Part shown: piece after piece, positions 49,519-62,374 of the stretch
Layout: every line of letters starts with the position of its first letter
Position numbering within the stretch: the stretch's first letter is position 1
From: Pirellulales bacterium
GTDB lineage: Bacteria; Planctomycetota; Planctomycetia; Pirellulales; JAICIG01
Assembly (NCBI GenBank): GCA_040901675.1
Contig: JBBDYJ010000020.1
Span: 32,001 to 96,000 of the forward strand
Direction of reading: 5' to 3'
DNA length: 64,000 nucleotides
Program-made: the position numbers and the translations under genes
The notes under the pieces: generated by a model
What the model saw: only the letters and a program-made list of their open reading frames with translations
Database searches by the model: none
Told to the model about the DNA's origin: nothing

Positions 49519-49546
49519 ACCGACCACCGACCACTAACCACCGACC
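49519..49546. repeat. Heptamer array (~4 units), inverted relative to 48975-49051
   Basis: ACCGACCACCGACCACTAACCACCGACC overlapping the SIS gene 3' end. Confidence 0.88.
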
Positions 49547-50148
49547 GCATGCCTGCCTTCGCGGTTGATGCGGGCGTAGACGTCGTTGAGAACCCAGTGG
49601 AACAGGCAAAGGTGAATGCTCTCGACCATTCCCATGTCGGCCAGCGCAACGTGCAGGCCGGACTGGGCCAGCTCCCGCAGCTTGCCGCCGGAAAAGCCGG
49701 TCAGGCCGAAGGTGGTCAAACCATGGCGGTTGGCCCAGTCGACGGCAGCCAGGACGTTGGGGCTGTTGCCCGAGCCGCTGATGGCGATCACCAGGTCGCC
49801 GGCAGCGCCGTAGTTCATCAGTTGCTGGACAAAGATCTGGTCATAGCCCAGGTCGTTGCCGACCGCCAGGATCCAGCCGAGGTTGTCGGTCAGGCTCATC
49901 ACCTTGAGCCGCTTCTTGGTCTCGTCCTTCAAGTCCCTTTCTCGCAGCAAGCTCTTGCCGAGGTCCTCGCTCATGTGCGTGGCCGTGGTCCCCGAGCCGC
50001 CGTTGCCGAAGATGAAAACGAGCTTCTCGTTCTGCCAGGCCTGGTAGACCAGGTCGGCCATCCGGCCGATTTCGGCCTGGTCGACCCGTTCGAGCTCCTG
50101 TTTCAAGCGAGTCACGTATTGGGGAACGTCGAGCGTAGCGCCGAGCAT
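49534..50148 (-). CDS. SIS domain sugar-phosphate isomerase (GmhA-like)
   Basis: FGNGGSG..A.H, ND.GY..IF..Q, ISGSGNSPNV, TGFSGG, ESIH. Confidence 0.9.
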   Translation of the reverse strand: MLGATLDVPQYVTRLKQELERVDQAEIGRMADLVYQAWQNEKLVFIFGNGGSGTTATHMSEDLGKSLLRERDLKDETKKRLKVMSLTDNLGWILAVGNDLGYDQIFVQQLMNYGAAGDLVIAISGSGNSPNVLAAVDWANRHGLTTFGLTGFSGGKLRELAQSGLHVALADMGMVESIHLCLFHWVLNDVYARINREGRHAVGG

Positions 50149-50278
50149 GGGAAGAGTTCCGCGAAATGACCGGGGATCGACCAGCCAGGCATTCTATTGA
50201 CCAGTGCAGGGCGAAATCAACCGGGTACCCGCGGCCTCCGTGGGGCCATGCTAGCCGAACCGACGGACTTTCCAGTGG

Positions 50279-50327
50279 CCCTTCCTTCATTCATCCTTCT
50301 GCCCTCCTCCCTCCTCCCTCCTCCTTC
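50279..50327 (-). repeat. Purine-rich heptamer array overlapping the MFS 3' end
   Basis: Minus strand GAAGGAG GAGGGAG GAGGGAG GAGGGCA GAAGGAT GA; encodes the KEEGGGRRAEG tail. Confidence 0.75.
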
Positions 50328-51628
50328 GACTGGCGGGCATGCCGCTGCCCCTCGGCCACGTTGAGTGGCAGCACGATCGCGGCGCCCACTACGATGAACA
50401 CCAGCAGGCTGGTGATGGCGTAGTTGGGGTTGCCGGTGTACGCCAGCATGAAACCGAACAACACAGGCCCGACCACGCTGGCCGCCTTGCTGGACAGGTT
50501 GAAAAAACCGAAGAACTCGGCCGAGTGCCGTTCGGGAGTCATCAGACCCATGATGGCCCGGCTGACCGACTGAGTGCCACCCAGCACCAGTCCGGCCAAC
50601 GCGGCCATGCACCAGAACTGCCACTTCTCGCTAATGAAAAACGCCAGGGCCAACAGCAGCGTCCAGACGGCCAGGCAGACCAACAGCATCGGCTTCTGCC
50701 CGATGCGGTCCGCCAGCGCGCCGACGAGCATGGCGCCGGGCAAAGCGATGAACTGGACCATCAGAATGACGAGGCCCAGTTCCGTCGTCCCCATTTTGAA
50801 CTTTTCGATAGCAAACTGGTGCGACTGAGTGATGACGGTCGAGACGCCGTCGTTGTAAACCAGAAACCCGACCAGGAACAAAGCCAGCATCCGGTAATGC
50901 CGGATGTTGACCAGCGTGCGGCGCACCTCGCCGAAGGCCTTGCGGGCCGCCGCTAAAATGCCCGGCGCGCGCGTGGCCGGCCTGCCCCGGTCGCGCAAGA
51001 CCATCAAGCAGGGGACGGTGAATCCGGCCCACCAGAGTCCCGTGAACAACAGCCCCAGACGCTTGCGGAACACCAGGTCGTCCGGCAGCCCGACCAGGTC
51101 GCCCCACTGGAACATCACGAGTATCAGCGCCAGGGCCAGTCCGCCTCCCAAGTATCCCAGCGCATAGCCCCAGGCCGAGACCCGGCCCATGTTCTCATCC
51201 GAGGCGATCTCCGGCAGAAAGCCGTTGTAAAACCCTTGCGACAGCTCCATGCCCAGGTTAGCCAGCAGGTACAACAGGACTAGCAGCCAAGCTAGATCAG
51301 GCCCGGTGAAAAACATCAGCGAGACGGCCGCCGCTCCGGCCAAGGCGGTTCCTGCCAGCCAGCGGCGTTTGCTGGCGTGCGCATCGGCCACCGCGCCCAG
51401 GATCGGCGACAACATCGCGGCAACGAACATGGTGCCGCCCAACCCCGCACTCAGCAATAGCGTACCCGCCTTGCCGGGCAAGACGTCGTATTTGACGTAG
51501 GAAGCCAGCACCGTGATCGAGATGGTCGAGTAGGCGCTGTTGGCCCAGTCGTACATCGCCCAGGCAAAGATCTCCCGCCGGCTGCCGCGCAGGTCGTCCG
51601 TGGCTGGCAGGGCGGGCTCGTTGCTCAC
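50291..51628 (-). CDS. MFS transporter, UMF1/ATG22-like
   Basis: WAMYDWANSAY, GYALGYLGG, LVYNDG, GG.QS.SR, EFFGF. Confidence 0.9.
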   Translation of the reverse strand: MSNEPALPATDDLRGSRREIFAWAMYDWANSAYSTISITVLASYVKYDVLPGKAGTLLLSAGLGGTMFVAAMLSPILGAVADAHASKRRWLAGTALAGAAAVSLMFFTGPDLAWLLVLLYLLANLGMELSQGFYNGFLPEIASDENMGRVSAWGYALGYLGGGLALALILVMFQWGDLVGLPDDLVFRKRLGLLFTGLWWAGFTVPCLMVLRDRGRPATRAPGILAAARKAFGEVRRTLVNIRHYRMLALFLVGFLVYNDGVSTVITQSHQFAIEKFKMGTTELGLVILMVQFIALPGAMLVGALADRIGQKPMLLVCLAVWTLLLALAFFISEKWQFWCMAALAGLVLGGTQSVSRAIMGLMTPERHSAEFFGFFNLSSKAASVVGPVLFGFMLAYTGNPNYAITSLLVFIVVGAAIVLPLNVAEGQRHARQSKEEGGGRRAEG

Positions 51629-51778
51629 GTCGGTTCCTGTCGCAGGAAACTGGCCTCAGCAGGCTCGAAACTGGCTGGGGCCCGCTTGGCCGCCCATTAT
51701 GGGCGGCGGTCCGACGCGGAACAAGGCGACAATCGGGAGCGGCGGCAGCGTCGGTAAGCAGGGGACCCAAAAGGATGG

Positions 51779-53773
51779 TTATCTCCGGCGTTTCGACGTA
51801 CCGTTGAATTGTGGGCTGGGCATCGAGCGCGATTTCCGACGTGTCTCGCCGGGGTAACCCACGATGGTCACCTGTGTAGCACGGTCGTTGATGTGGAAGC
51901 TGGTACGCGACCCCCTCAGCACCTCGTAGCGGAACATCTCGATGATTTCGCCATTCGTCAAACTGCGGAACTCATATTCGCCCGGAACGAGCGTCACGGT
52001 GCTGTGTCCCGGCCTCGTGACCGCCTGCCGGGCACCGTTGACTTCGACGCGGACTCCGGCATCGCGCACATTCAAGGTGACACGAGCCCGTCCCGTGAGC
52101 TTGAGCCAGTTTCGAGTGACCAGGCCGCTGTCGCGATCCAGGGAAAGGAGCACCAACACAAATGCGGTTGCGCCCAGGTAGAGGGCAGGCCAGTTCCATG
52201 CCGATTTCGTTTCCCCCTCAGGGAGCCGAAGCACGGTATCGAGGGACGCGTGAGCCCCTTCCTGCGAACATAGGAATACACGCACGACCCAGATTGAAAC
52301 AGGGATGGCCAGAATATGAACCGGACAAATCGGCAATAGCGCCAGGCTGCCGGCACCCAGACCAACTGACCTCTGCAAAGCTCCGTCAACGGGATCCCGT
52401 CGGCCGAACAGCGTGATTAAGAGCAGGACGACCCCGATCATGCCCCCCAAAATGCTTGAAATCGCCAGGAGATTTGGAATTGCGCCCCCGCCCGGGACGG
52501 GAGCGATCCCAAAGAACAGCGCGAGGCACAACACAACATCAAGAGCTCCGATAACGGCAATCGAACCGGTTGCTCGCCGACGGAGTGTGGCGGATGGCGG
52601 AAGCGAATCGGACGAATCGCGCGTGGGGCTCGCCCGGCGCATCGATGGCGATGGTCCGACACTCTCCGGCCGGGGGACGCTTTCGGGCTGCTGCAGATGC
52701 GCCAGATGCCGGCCGAGCAGGTCGGCAACTTCTTCCGAAGACTGGAACCGGTCGTCCGGACTCTTTTCCAGCAGCTTGTCGACGATCTCGCACAGCCACT
52801 CGGGTATCTCCGGGTTGACCAGGCGAACGGGCTTTGGTCTGTCGTGAACGACGCGGTGCATCGCGGCCACCGCGGAGTCGGCGGGAAAGGCCGCCCGTCC
52901 CGTACACATCGCGTACACAACGCAGCCGAGACTGAACAGGTCGGTGCGGTGGTCGACTCGTTGCCCCTGAGCCTGTTGGGGAGACATGTACTGCGGCGTC
53001 CCCGTGATCTGACCGGTGCCGGTCACGCCCACGTCGTCCACGGCGCGGGCCAGTCCGAAGTCGCTCAGCTTCACCCGCTCGATGCCGTTCTCCAGCAAGA
53101 CATTGGACGGCTTGACGTCGCGATGGACCAGGCCCTGCCGATGCGCCGCCGCCAGACCGGCGGCCGTCTGCATGCCGATCCGCAGGATCGATTTGACATC
53201 CAGGGCGCCGACCTCGTCGATCTTCCGCTGAAGCGACAGGCCGTCAACGTACTCCATCACGATGAACGGCGGCCGCGCCTCTTGGTCGATTGCGTATATC
53301 GTCACCACGTGATCGTGACTGACGGCTGCGGCCGACTGAGCTTCTCGCAGAAATCGCCGCACGGACATGGGATTGGCCGCGAGTTCCGGCGCGAGCAGCT
53401 TGATCGCGACCGTGCGTTTGAGCCTGGGGTCATGGGCATGCAGGACAACGCCCATGCCGCCGCGTCCGACCAGTTGAATGATTTGATACTGTCCGAGCAT
53501 TCCGATGCAGTCGGGGCTGGCGCTGGGGGTGAGAAGTTCACGCCAGGCTTCATCGGTCTTGTTGCCGGACATGCCCCCATCTGCGCCAACTGTCTCAACT
53601 ACGTCTGCCGGTTGCTTTTCCAGAAAACTTCCGGCGTCCTCGTGAGCGGCGAGCAGGATCTCCACCCGTCGACGCAACTCGGGTTGGTCACGGCAGACTT
53701 CGTTCAGAAATGCGGCACGCTCCTGGGGACCCCCTTTGTCCAGTGCTTCCAGAAAAATAGTTCGCTCGTTCAT
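51779..53773 (-). CDS. Membrane Ser/Thr protein kinase, partner of the ECF sigma
   Basis: GRGGMG, VAIK, HRDVKPSN, DFGLA, GTPQYMSP; TM helices; start MNERTIF. Confidence 0.93.
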   Translation of the reverse strand: MNERTIFLEALDKGGPQERAAFLNEVCRDQPELRRRVEILLAAHEDAGSFLEKQPADVVETVGADGGMSGNKTDEAWRELLTPSASPDCIGMLGQYQIIQLVGRGGMGVVLHAHDPRLKRTVAIKLLAPELAANPMSVRRFLREAQSAAAVSHDHVVTIYAIDQEARPPFIVMEYVDGLSLQRKIDEVGALDVKSILRIGMQTAAGLAAAHRQGLVHRDVKPSNVLLENGIERVKLSDFGLARAVDDVGVTGTGQITGTPQYMSPQQAQGQRVDHRTDLFSLGCVVYAMCTGRAAFPADSAVAAMHRVVHDRPKPVRLVNPEIPEWLCEIVDKLLEKSPDDRFQSSEEVADLLGRHLAHLQQPESVPRPESVGPSPSMRRASPTRDSSDSLPPSATLRRRATGSIAVIGALDVVLCLALFFGIAPVPGGGAIPNLLAISSILGGMIGVVLLLITLFGRRDPVDGALQRSVGLGAGSLALLPICPVHILAIPVSIWVVRVFLCSQEGAHASLDTVLRLPEGETKSAWNWPALYLGATAFVLVLLSLDRDSGLVTRNWLKLTGRARVTLNVRDAGVRVEVNGARQAVTRPGHSTVTLVPGEYEFRSLTNGEIIEMFRYEVLRGSRTSFHINDRATQVTIVGYPGETRRKSRSMPSPQFNGTSKRRR

Positions 53774-53869
53774 TGTTTGGATTCCGCATCTGCCACTTGC
53801 CGGATTCACGGCCCCACACTTGACAATGCGAATCCCACGGGCGGACTCCGCCAAGATTTCTACAAATGC

Positions 53870-54442
53870 TCAAGGCGGGCTTCCGCTTTCAGAGCGCAAC
53901 TCGCTAAACAACCACGCTTTAGACCAGGTCCAGAGGCGTTCCGTTGATCGCACGGAGAGGCCCAGTGCCTGGGCGGCTTCCTGAACCGTCAAGCCCGTGA
54001 AGTACCGTAGCTTGACGAGCGTCGCCGCCTGTTCGTCAATCGTGACGAGCCGGTTCAGGGCCTCGTTCACGACCAGCACGTCGTGTTTGATGTCGGGCGC
54101 TGCGATTTCGGCTGCCAGTAGCTCCCGGCGCTCAAGATCGCCGCCGCGTTTCCGGCTGCGCTTCCGCCGCGCATTTTCGACGAGAATCCGCCGCATGGCC
54201 TCGGCAGCCGCTGCGAAGAAATGGCCGCGCGAGTCCCAGCGCTGCTGATGCTCGACAGCGACCAGACGGACGAATGCGTCGTGCACCAGCGCAGTCGCCT
54301 GGAGCGTCTGCCCGGGGGGCTCCCTGGCCACCCATCGGGCCGCCAGCTTCCGCAATTCGTCGTAGACCAGCGGGAGCAGCCTTTCGGATGCGCCGCGATC
54401 GCCGCCGTGCATATCGTCGAGGATCTGGGTGACGTCGGTCAT
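53870..54442 (-). CDS. ECF sigma factor, kinase-associated (TIGR02999/ECF43-like)
   Basis: VTQIL, LLPLVYDELRKLA, TLQATALVH, AMRRILV, LRYF.GL. Confidence 0.93.
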   Translation of the reverse strand: MTDVTQILDDMHGGDRGASERLLPLVYDELRKLAARWVAREPPGQTLQATALVHDAFVRLVAVEHQQRWDSRGHFFAAAAEAMRRILVENARRKRSRKRGGDLERRELLAAEIAAPDIKHDVLVVNEALNRLVTIDEQAATLVKLRYFTGLTVQEAAQALGLSVRSTERLWTWSKAWLFSELRSESGSPP

Positions 54443-54589
54443 AACGTCGATTATACCGACGTCCCTGTGCTGAATCTGCGAGTCCTACCTCAACGGCTGA
54501 ACACCAGATTGGCCGGTGTCTCGGCCTTTGGTAAACCAAAAGGCAGGCTCTTTAGGTCGACGACCCCGGCCGGCCTGGCGTTCGGACTG

Positions 54590-55987
<1,398 letters not shown>

Positions 55988-56006
55988 CTACCGGAGCGGT
56001 AGGCGA

Positions 56007-56042
56007 GAGGGAAGAAGGCAGAGGGCAGAGGGAAGAAGGCAG
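56007..56042. repeat. Heptamer array (GA[A/G]GG[C/A]A x5)
   Basis: GAGGGAA GAAGGCA GAGGGCA GAGGGAA GAAGGCA. Confidence 0.8.
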
Positions 56043-56166
56043 CGGGTTGTGGCACTGCTTGGAGGTCCCAACGTGTTGGGACCGAGAAGCAGTGGTGCTC
56101 CGCACCATCGGAGGGCCTTTGGATCGGTAAACCGGAGCGGCCCGGAGTTCGGGACCTGTAGCTGCG

Positions 56167-57585
56167 TCAGAGGGTCTTGAGATACTCCAGCACGGCGCGC
56201 TTTTGGCCTTCGTCGAGCTGGTCGGGGAATAAGTGGCCCTCGGCACTCTTGCCTTTGACGCGGGTGTCGAAATACTGCCGCCTCTGGGCGCCGCTTTTGG
56301 CCTCGGCGGGCACCTGGTCGAAGCTCTGGATCTCCAGGCCGACCTTTTCCTGGTCGTAACCGTCCTCGGTCCGCGACCAGACGGCCGGCCTCTGGTCGGG
56401 ATGGAACAGGTGCCAGAGCGTGGGGACCGAGCCGTTGTGCAAGTAGGGCGCCGAAGCCCAGATGCCGTCGAGCGGCGGGGCCACATAGCCGGCCGGATCG
56501 GTGCTCCCCTGCAAGCGGCCATAATGATTGAACCAGCTCGACTGGTAGGCCTGGCGTCCCGCCACCGTGATCGCATCCAGCCGCGAACGGTCGGTCCCGA
56601 CCACGTCGATCGGCACCACCTTGTTCGGATACGTCTCGCTTTGGCCGTAGGTGCCATGGCACTCGCTGCACGAATGGTTGAACAACTTCTCGCCCTGCTC
56701 GGCCAGTTGCGGGTCGATGGCGAAAGCATAGCCGGGCGGCTCGAGCGATTCGATCCAGGCCAGGATGTCGGCGTACTCGGCTTCCCACTCGCGGAACTTT
56801 TCGGGGCCGTTGCTGGGCAAGAGCAGGAACTGCATCAGGGCCCGGTGGCCCTTGGCGACGAAGCCGTCGGCATACAAGTGCGTTTTCTTTTTGATGTTCC
56901 ACCAGGGGGGCGCATCGTGGTCGTGGTGCAGCAGCTTGGGCGGCAGCCGGTTGCGGTACACGTTCAAATCCGCGTCGCGGTAGGCCAACAGCACCACGCC
57001 GAACATCACCGCGTTGGTCGTGCCGTTGGACGATCCGAGCGGCATGCCGGCGCCTCCCAGGTCCATGTGCGCCAGCGGCTTGCCCAACCGCAGCTTGGTG
57101 GCCCGGACCTCATTGGTCAAAGTCTCCAAGGCGTAATGCGAATTAGGCAGACCGGGAATGACCTGGCCGGCCACCTTGCCGCCATGACAGGCCAGGCAGC
57201 TCATCACCCAGCCCCCCTGGCCATCGTCGACGTATTGCAGGGCGACGCCCCCTTCCCGCCCCGGCGCCTCGGTCAGCCCGTAGCGCGAGAAGGCCATTCG
57301 ACGCCGCTCGTCGGGCGTGGCCGCCGCCGCCTGGGACCTGAGTGGCTCCTCCCACGTCTTCCAGAGCTCGTCGAACACCTGCTGGTCGAAATCGGGCGGC
57401 AAGTAGGGTTTGGTCGTCAGCCAGCGATAGCCCCGCTCGGGCGCGGTCTCAGCGGAGCCTGCCGCGGCCGCAAGATCGTCGCCGGCACAGACGTTCGCCG
57501 CCAGGCAGAGGCAGACCGCCAAACAGCCCGAATTCTGGCGAATCCGGCTACGCGTGAGTTTACTGTGGGCCGATGCGCGACGCAT
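56167..57585 (-). CDS. Secreted di-heme c-type cytochrome (RoxA/peroxidase-like)
   Basis: CLACH and CSECH heme motifs; APPLDGIWASAPYLHNGSVP; S..GH. Confidence 0.85.
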   Translation of the reverse strand: MRRASAHSKLTRSRIRQNSGCLAVCLCLAANVCAGDDLAAAAGSAETAPERGYRWLTTKPYLPPDFDQQVFDELWKTWEEPLRSQAAAATPDERRRMAFSRYGLTEAPGREGGVALQYVDDGQGGWVMSCLACHGGKVAGQVIPGLPNSHYALETLTNEVRATKLRLGKPLAHMDLGGAGMPLGSSNGTTNAVMFGVVLLAYRDADLNVYRNRLPPKLLHHDHDAPPWWNIKKKTHLYADGFVAKGHRALMQFLLLPSNGPEKFREWEAEYADILAWIESLEPPGYAFAIDPQLAEQGEKLFNHSCSECHGTYGQSETYPNKVVPIDVVGTDRSRLDAITVAGRQAYQSSWFNHYGRLQGSTDPAGYVAPPLDGIWASAPYLHNGSVPTLWHLFHPDQRPAVWSRTEDGYDQEKVGLEIQSFDQVPAEAKSGAQRRQYFDTRVKGKSAEGHLFPDQLDEGQKRAVLEYLKTL

Positions 57586-57671
57586 GTCAGTTCATTGCTC
57601 GTGAGAAGTGGCTCGTGCAAGCTCCTCGCTGGCGCGTCGGGTTAGTGTAGCAGGACTCGCCAGAGTTCTGG
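57527..57671. repeat. Family B REPs (57527-57551 inside the CDS; 57647-57671) plus a short palindromic repeat at 57622-57646
   Basis: Identical to copies at 42517-42541 and 42425-42448. Confidence 0.8.
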
Positions 57672-57680
57672 TGATAGTTG

Positions 57681-61385
<3,705 letters not shown>

Positions 61386-61534
61386 GCACTGGTCAACCGC
61401 AAGGGATCGAAAGCGATAACGTGAGACACAGACAGATCAGCCGGAGGCATGGTTCGGCCCTGGCCGATCTGGCACTTGAGGCGGCGTCCTGCCAGTATAC
61501 GCGTGTTTAGCACGTCCGTCGAGACGGCCGGTTC

Positions 61535-61556
61535 GTAGTAACCGCATTCATGCGGT
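61535..61556 (+). repeat. Single GTAG-type REP-like hairpin
   Basis: GTAGTA-ACCGCAT-TC-ATGCGGT. Confidence 0.5.
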
Positions 61557-61701
61557 CTCTCCAGACCATTCTCGGCTTGGCATTAGACGCCCGTTTTCGG
61601 TGCTGGCCGCCCCGGCCGATTATCCAGCAGAGCGCATGGATCGCATAGGCGCCGTGCCGCTATAATCTCTGCCTTGCCAAGGTGACCCGGCGGCTCCGCT
61701 C

Positions 61702-62265
61702 ATGTCCGACGTGACCCGCATCCTGTCGCAAATCGAAGCGGGCGACCCGTCGGCCTCGGACCAGCTCTTGCCGTTGGTGTATGACGAGCTGCGGAAGCTG
61801 GCCGCGGCCAGGCTGGCCCGGGAGAAGCCGGGGCAGACGCTGCAGGCCACGGCGTTGGTGCACGACGCCTATATCCGCCTGGTGGACGTCGAAAAGGCCC
61901 AGCATTGGGACAGTCGCCGCCATTTCTTCGCCGCCGCGGCCGAGGCGATGCGGCGGATTCTGGTGGAAAGCGCCCGGCGGCGGAAATCGGTCAAACACGG
62001 GGGGCAGCGGGTGCGGGTCGACCTGGACGAGGCGCTCGTCGTCGCGAACGAACCGCGCGATGACCTCCTTGAACTCGACGAGCTCTTGGAGCAACTGGCC
62101 GGCGCGGACCCCCGGGCGGCGGAGTTGGTCAAGCTCCGGTTTTTTGCCGGCCTGACCGGCGACGAGGCGGCCGAGGTCTTGGGCGTTTCGCCGCGATCCG
62201 CCGACCTGCTCTGGGCCTACGCCCGGGCCTGGCTTTTCGAGAAACTGCAAGGTGAAAGGGGATGA
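61702..62265 (+). CDS. ECF sigma factor, kinase-associated (TIGR02999/ECF43-like)
   Basis: VTRIL, LLPLVYDELRKLA, TLQATALVH, LRFFAGL; TATAAT at 61660. Confidence 0.94.
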   Translation: MSDVTRILSQIEAGDPSASDQLLPLVYDELRKLAAARLAREKPGQTLQATALVHDAYIRLVDVEKAQHWDSRRHFFAAAAEAMRRILVESARRRKSVKHGGQRVRVDLDEALVVANEPRDDLLELDELLEQLAGADPRAAELVKLRFFAGLTGDEAAEVLGVSPRSADLLWAYARAWLFEKLQGERG

Positions 62266-62374
62266 GGCGCACGGAGGCGTCGTGTTCCGGTTCTGATTTT
62301 TTGAAGAATCTTTGCGCTCGCCGGCCGCCGATTTCGCATAGAGATTTCGAGGGGTCCACGAAAAGGGTCTTGCC

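Larger units (their letters stand above)
48974..49536 (-). mobile_element. Putative inverted-repeat-bounded cassette carrying a four-helix-bundle gene
   Basis: Perfect 18-bp inverted repeats TAGTGGTCGGTGGTCGGT at 48974-48991 and 49519-49536; mobility is inferred only. Confidence 0.55.

Noticed and set aside
61386..61520. SAM, SAH or cobalamin riboswitch, or LexA site, upstream of metH
   Set aside because: No riboswitch core was recognised. TATACGCGTGT matches the lexA promoter, but it overlaps a likely -10 box and lacks the second half-site.
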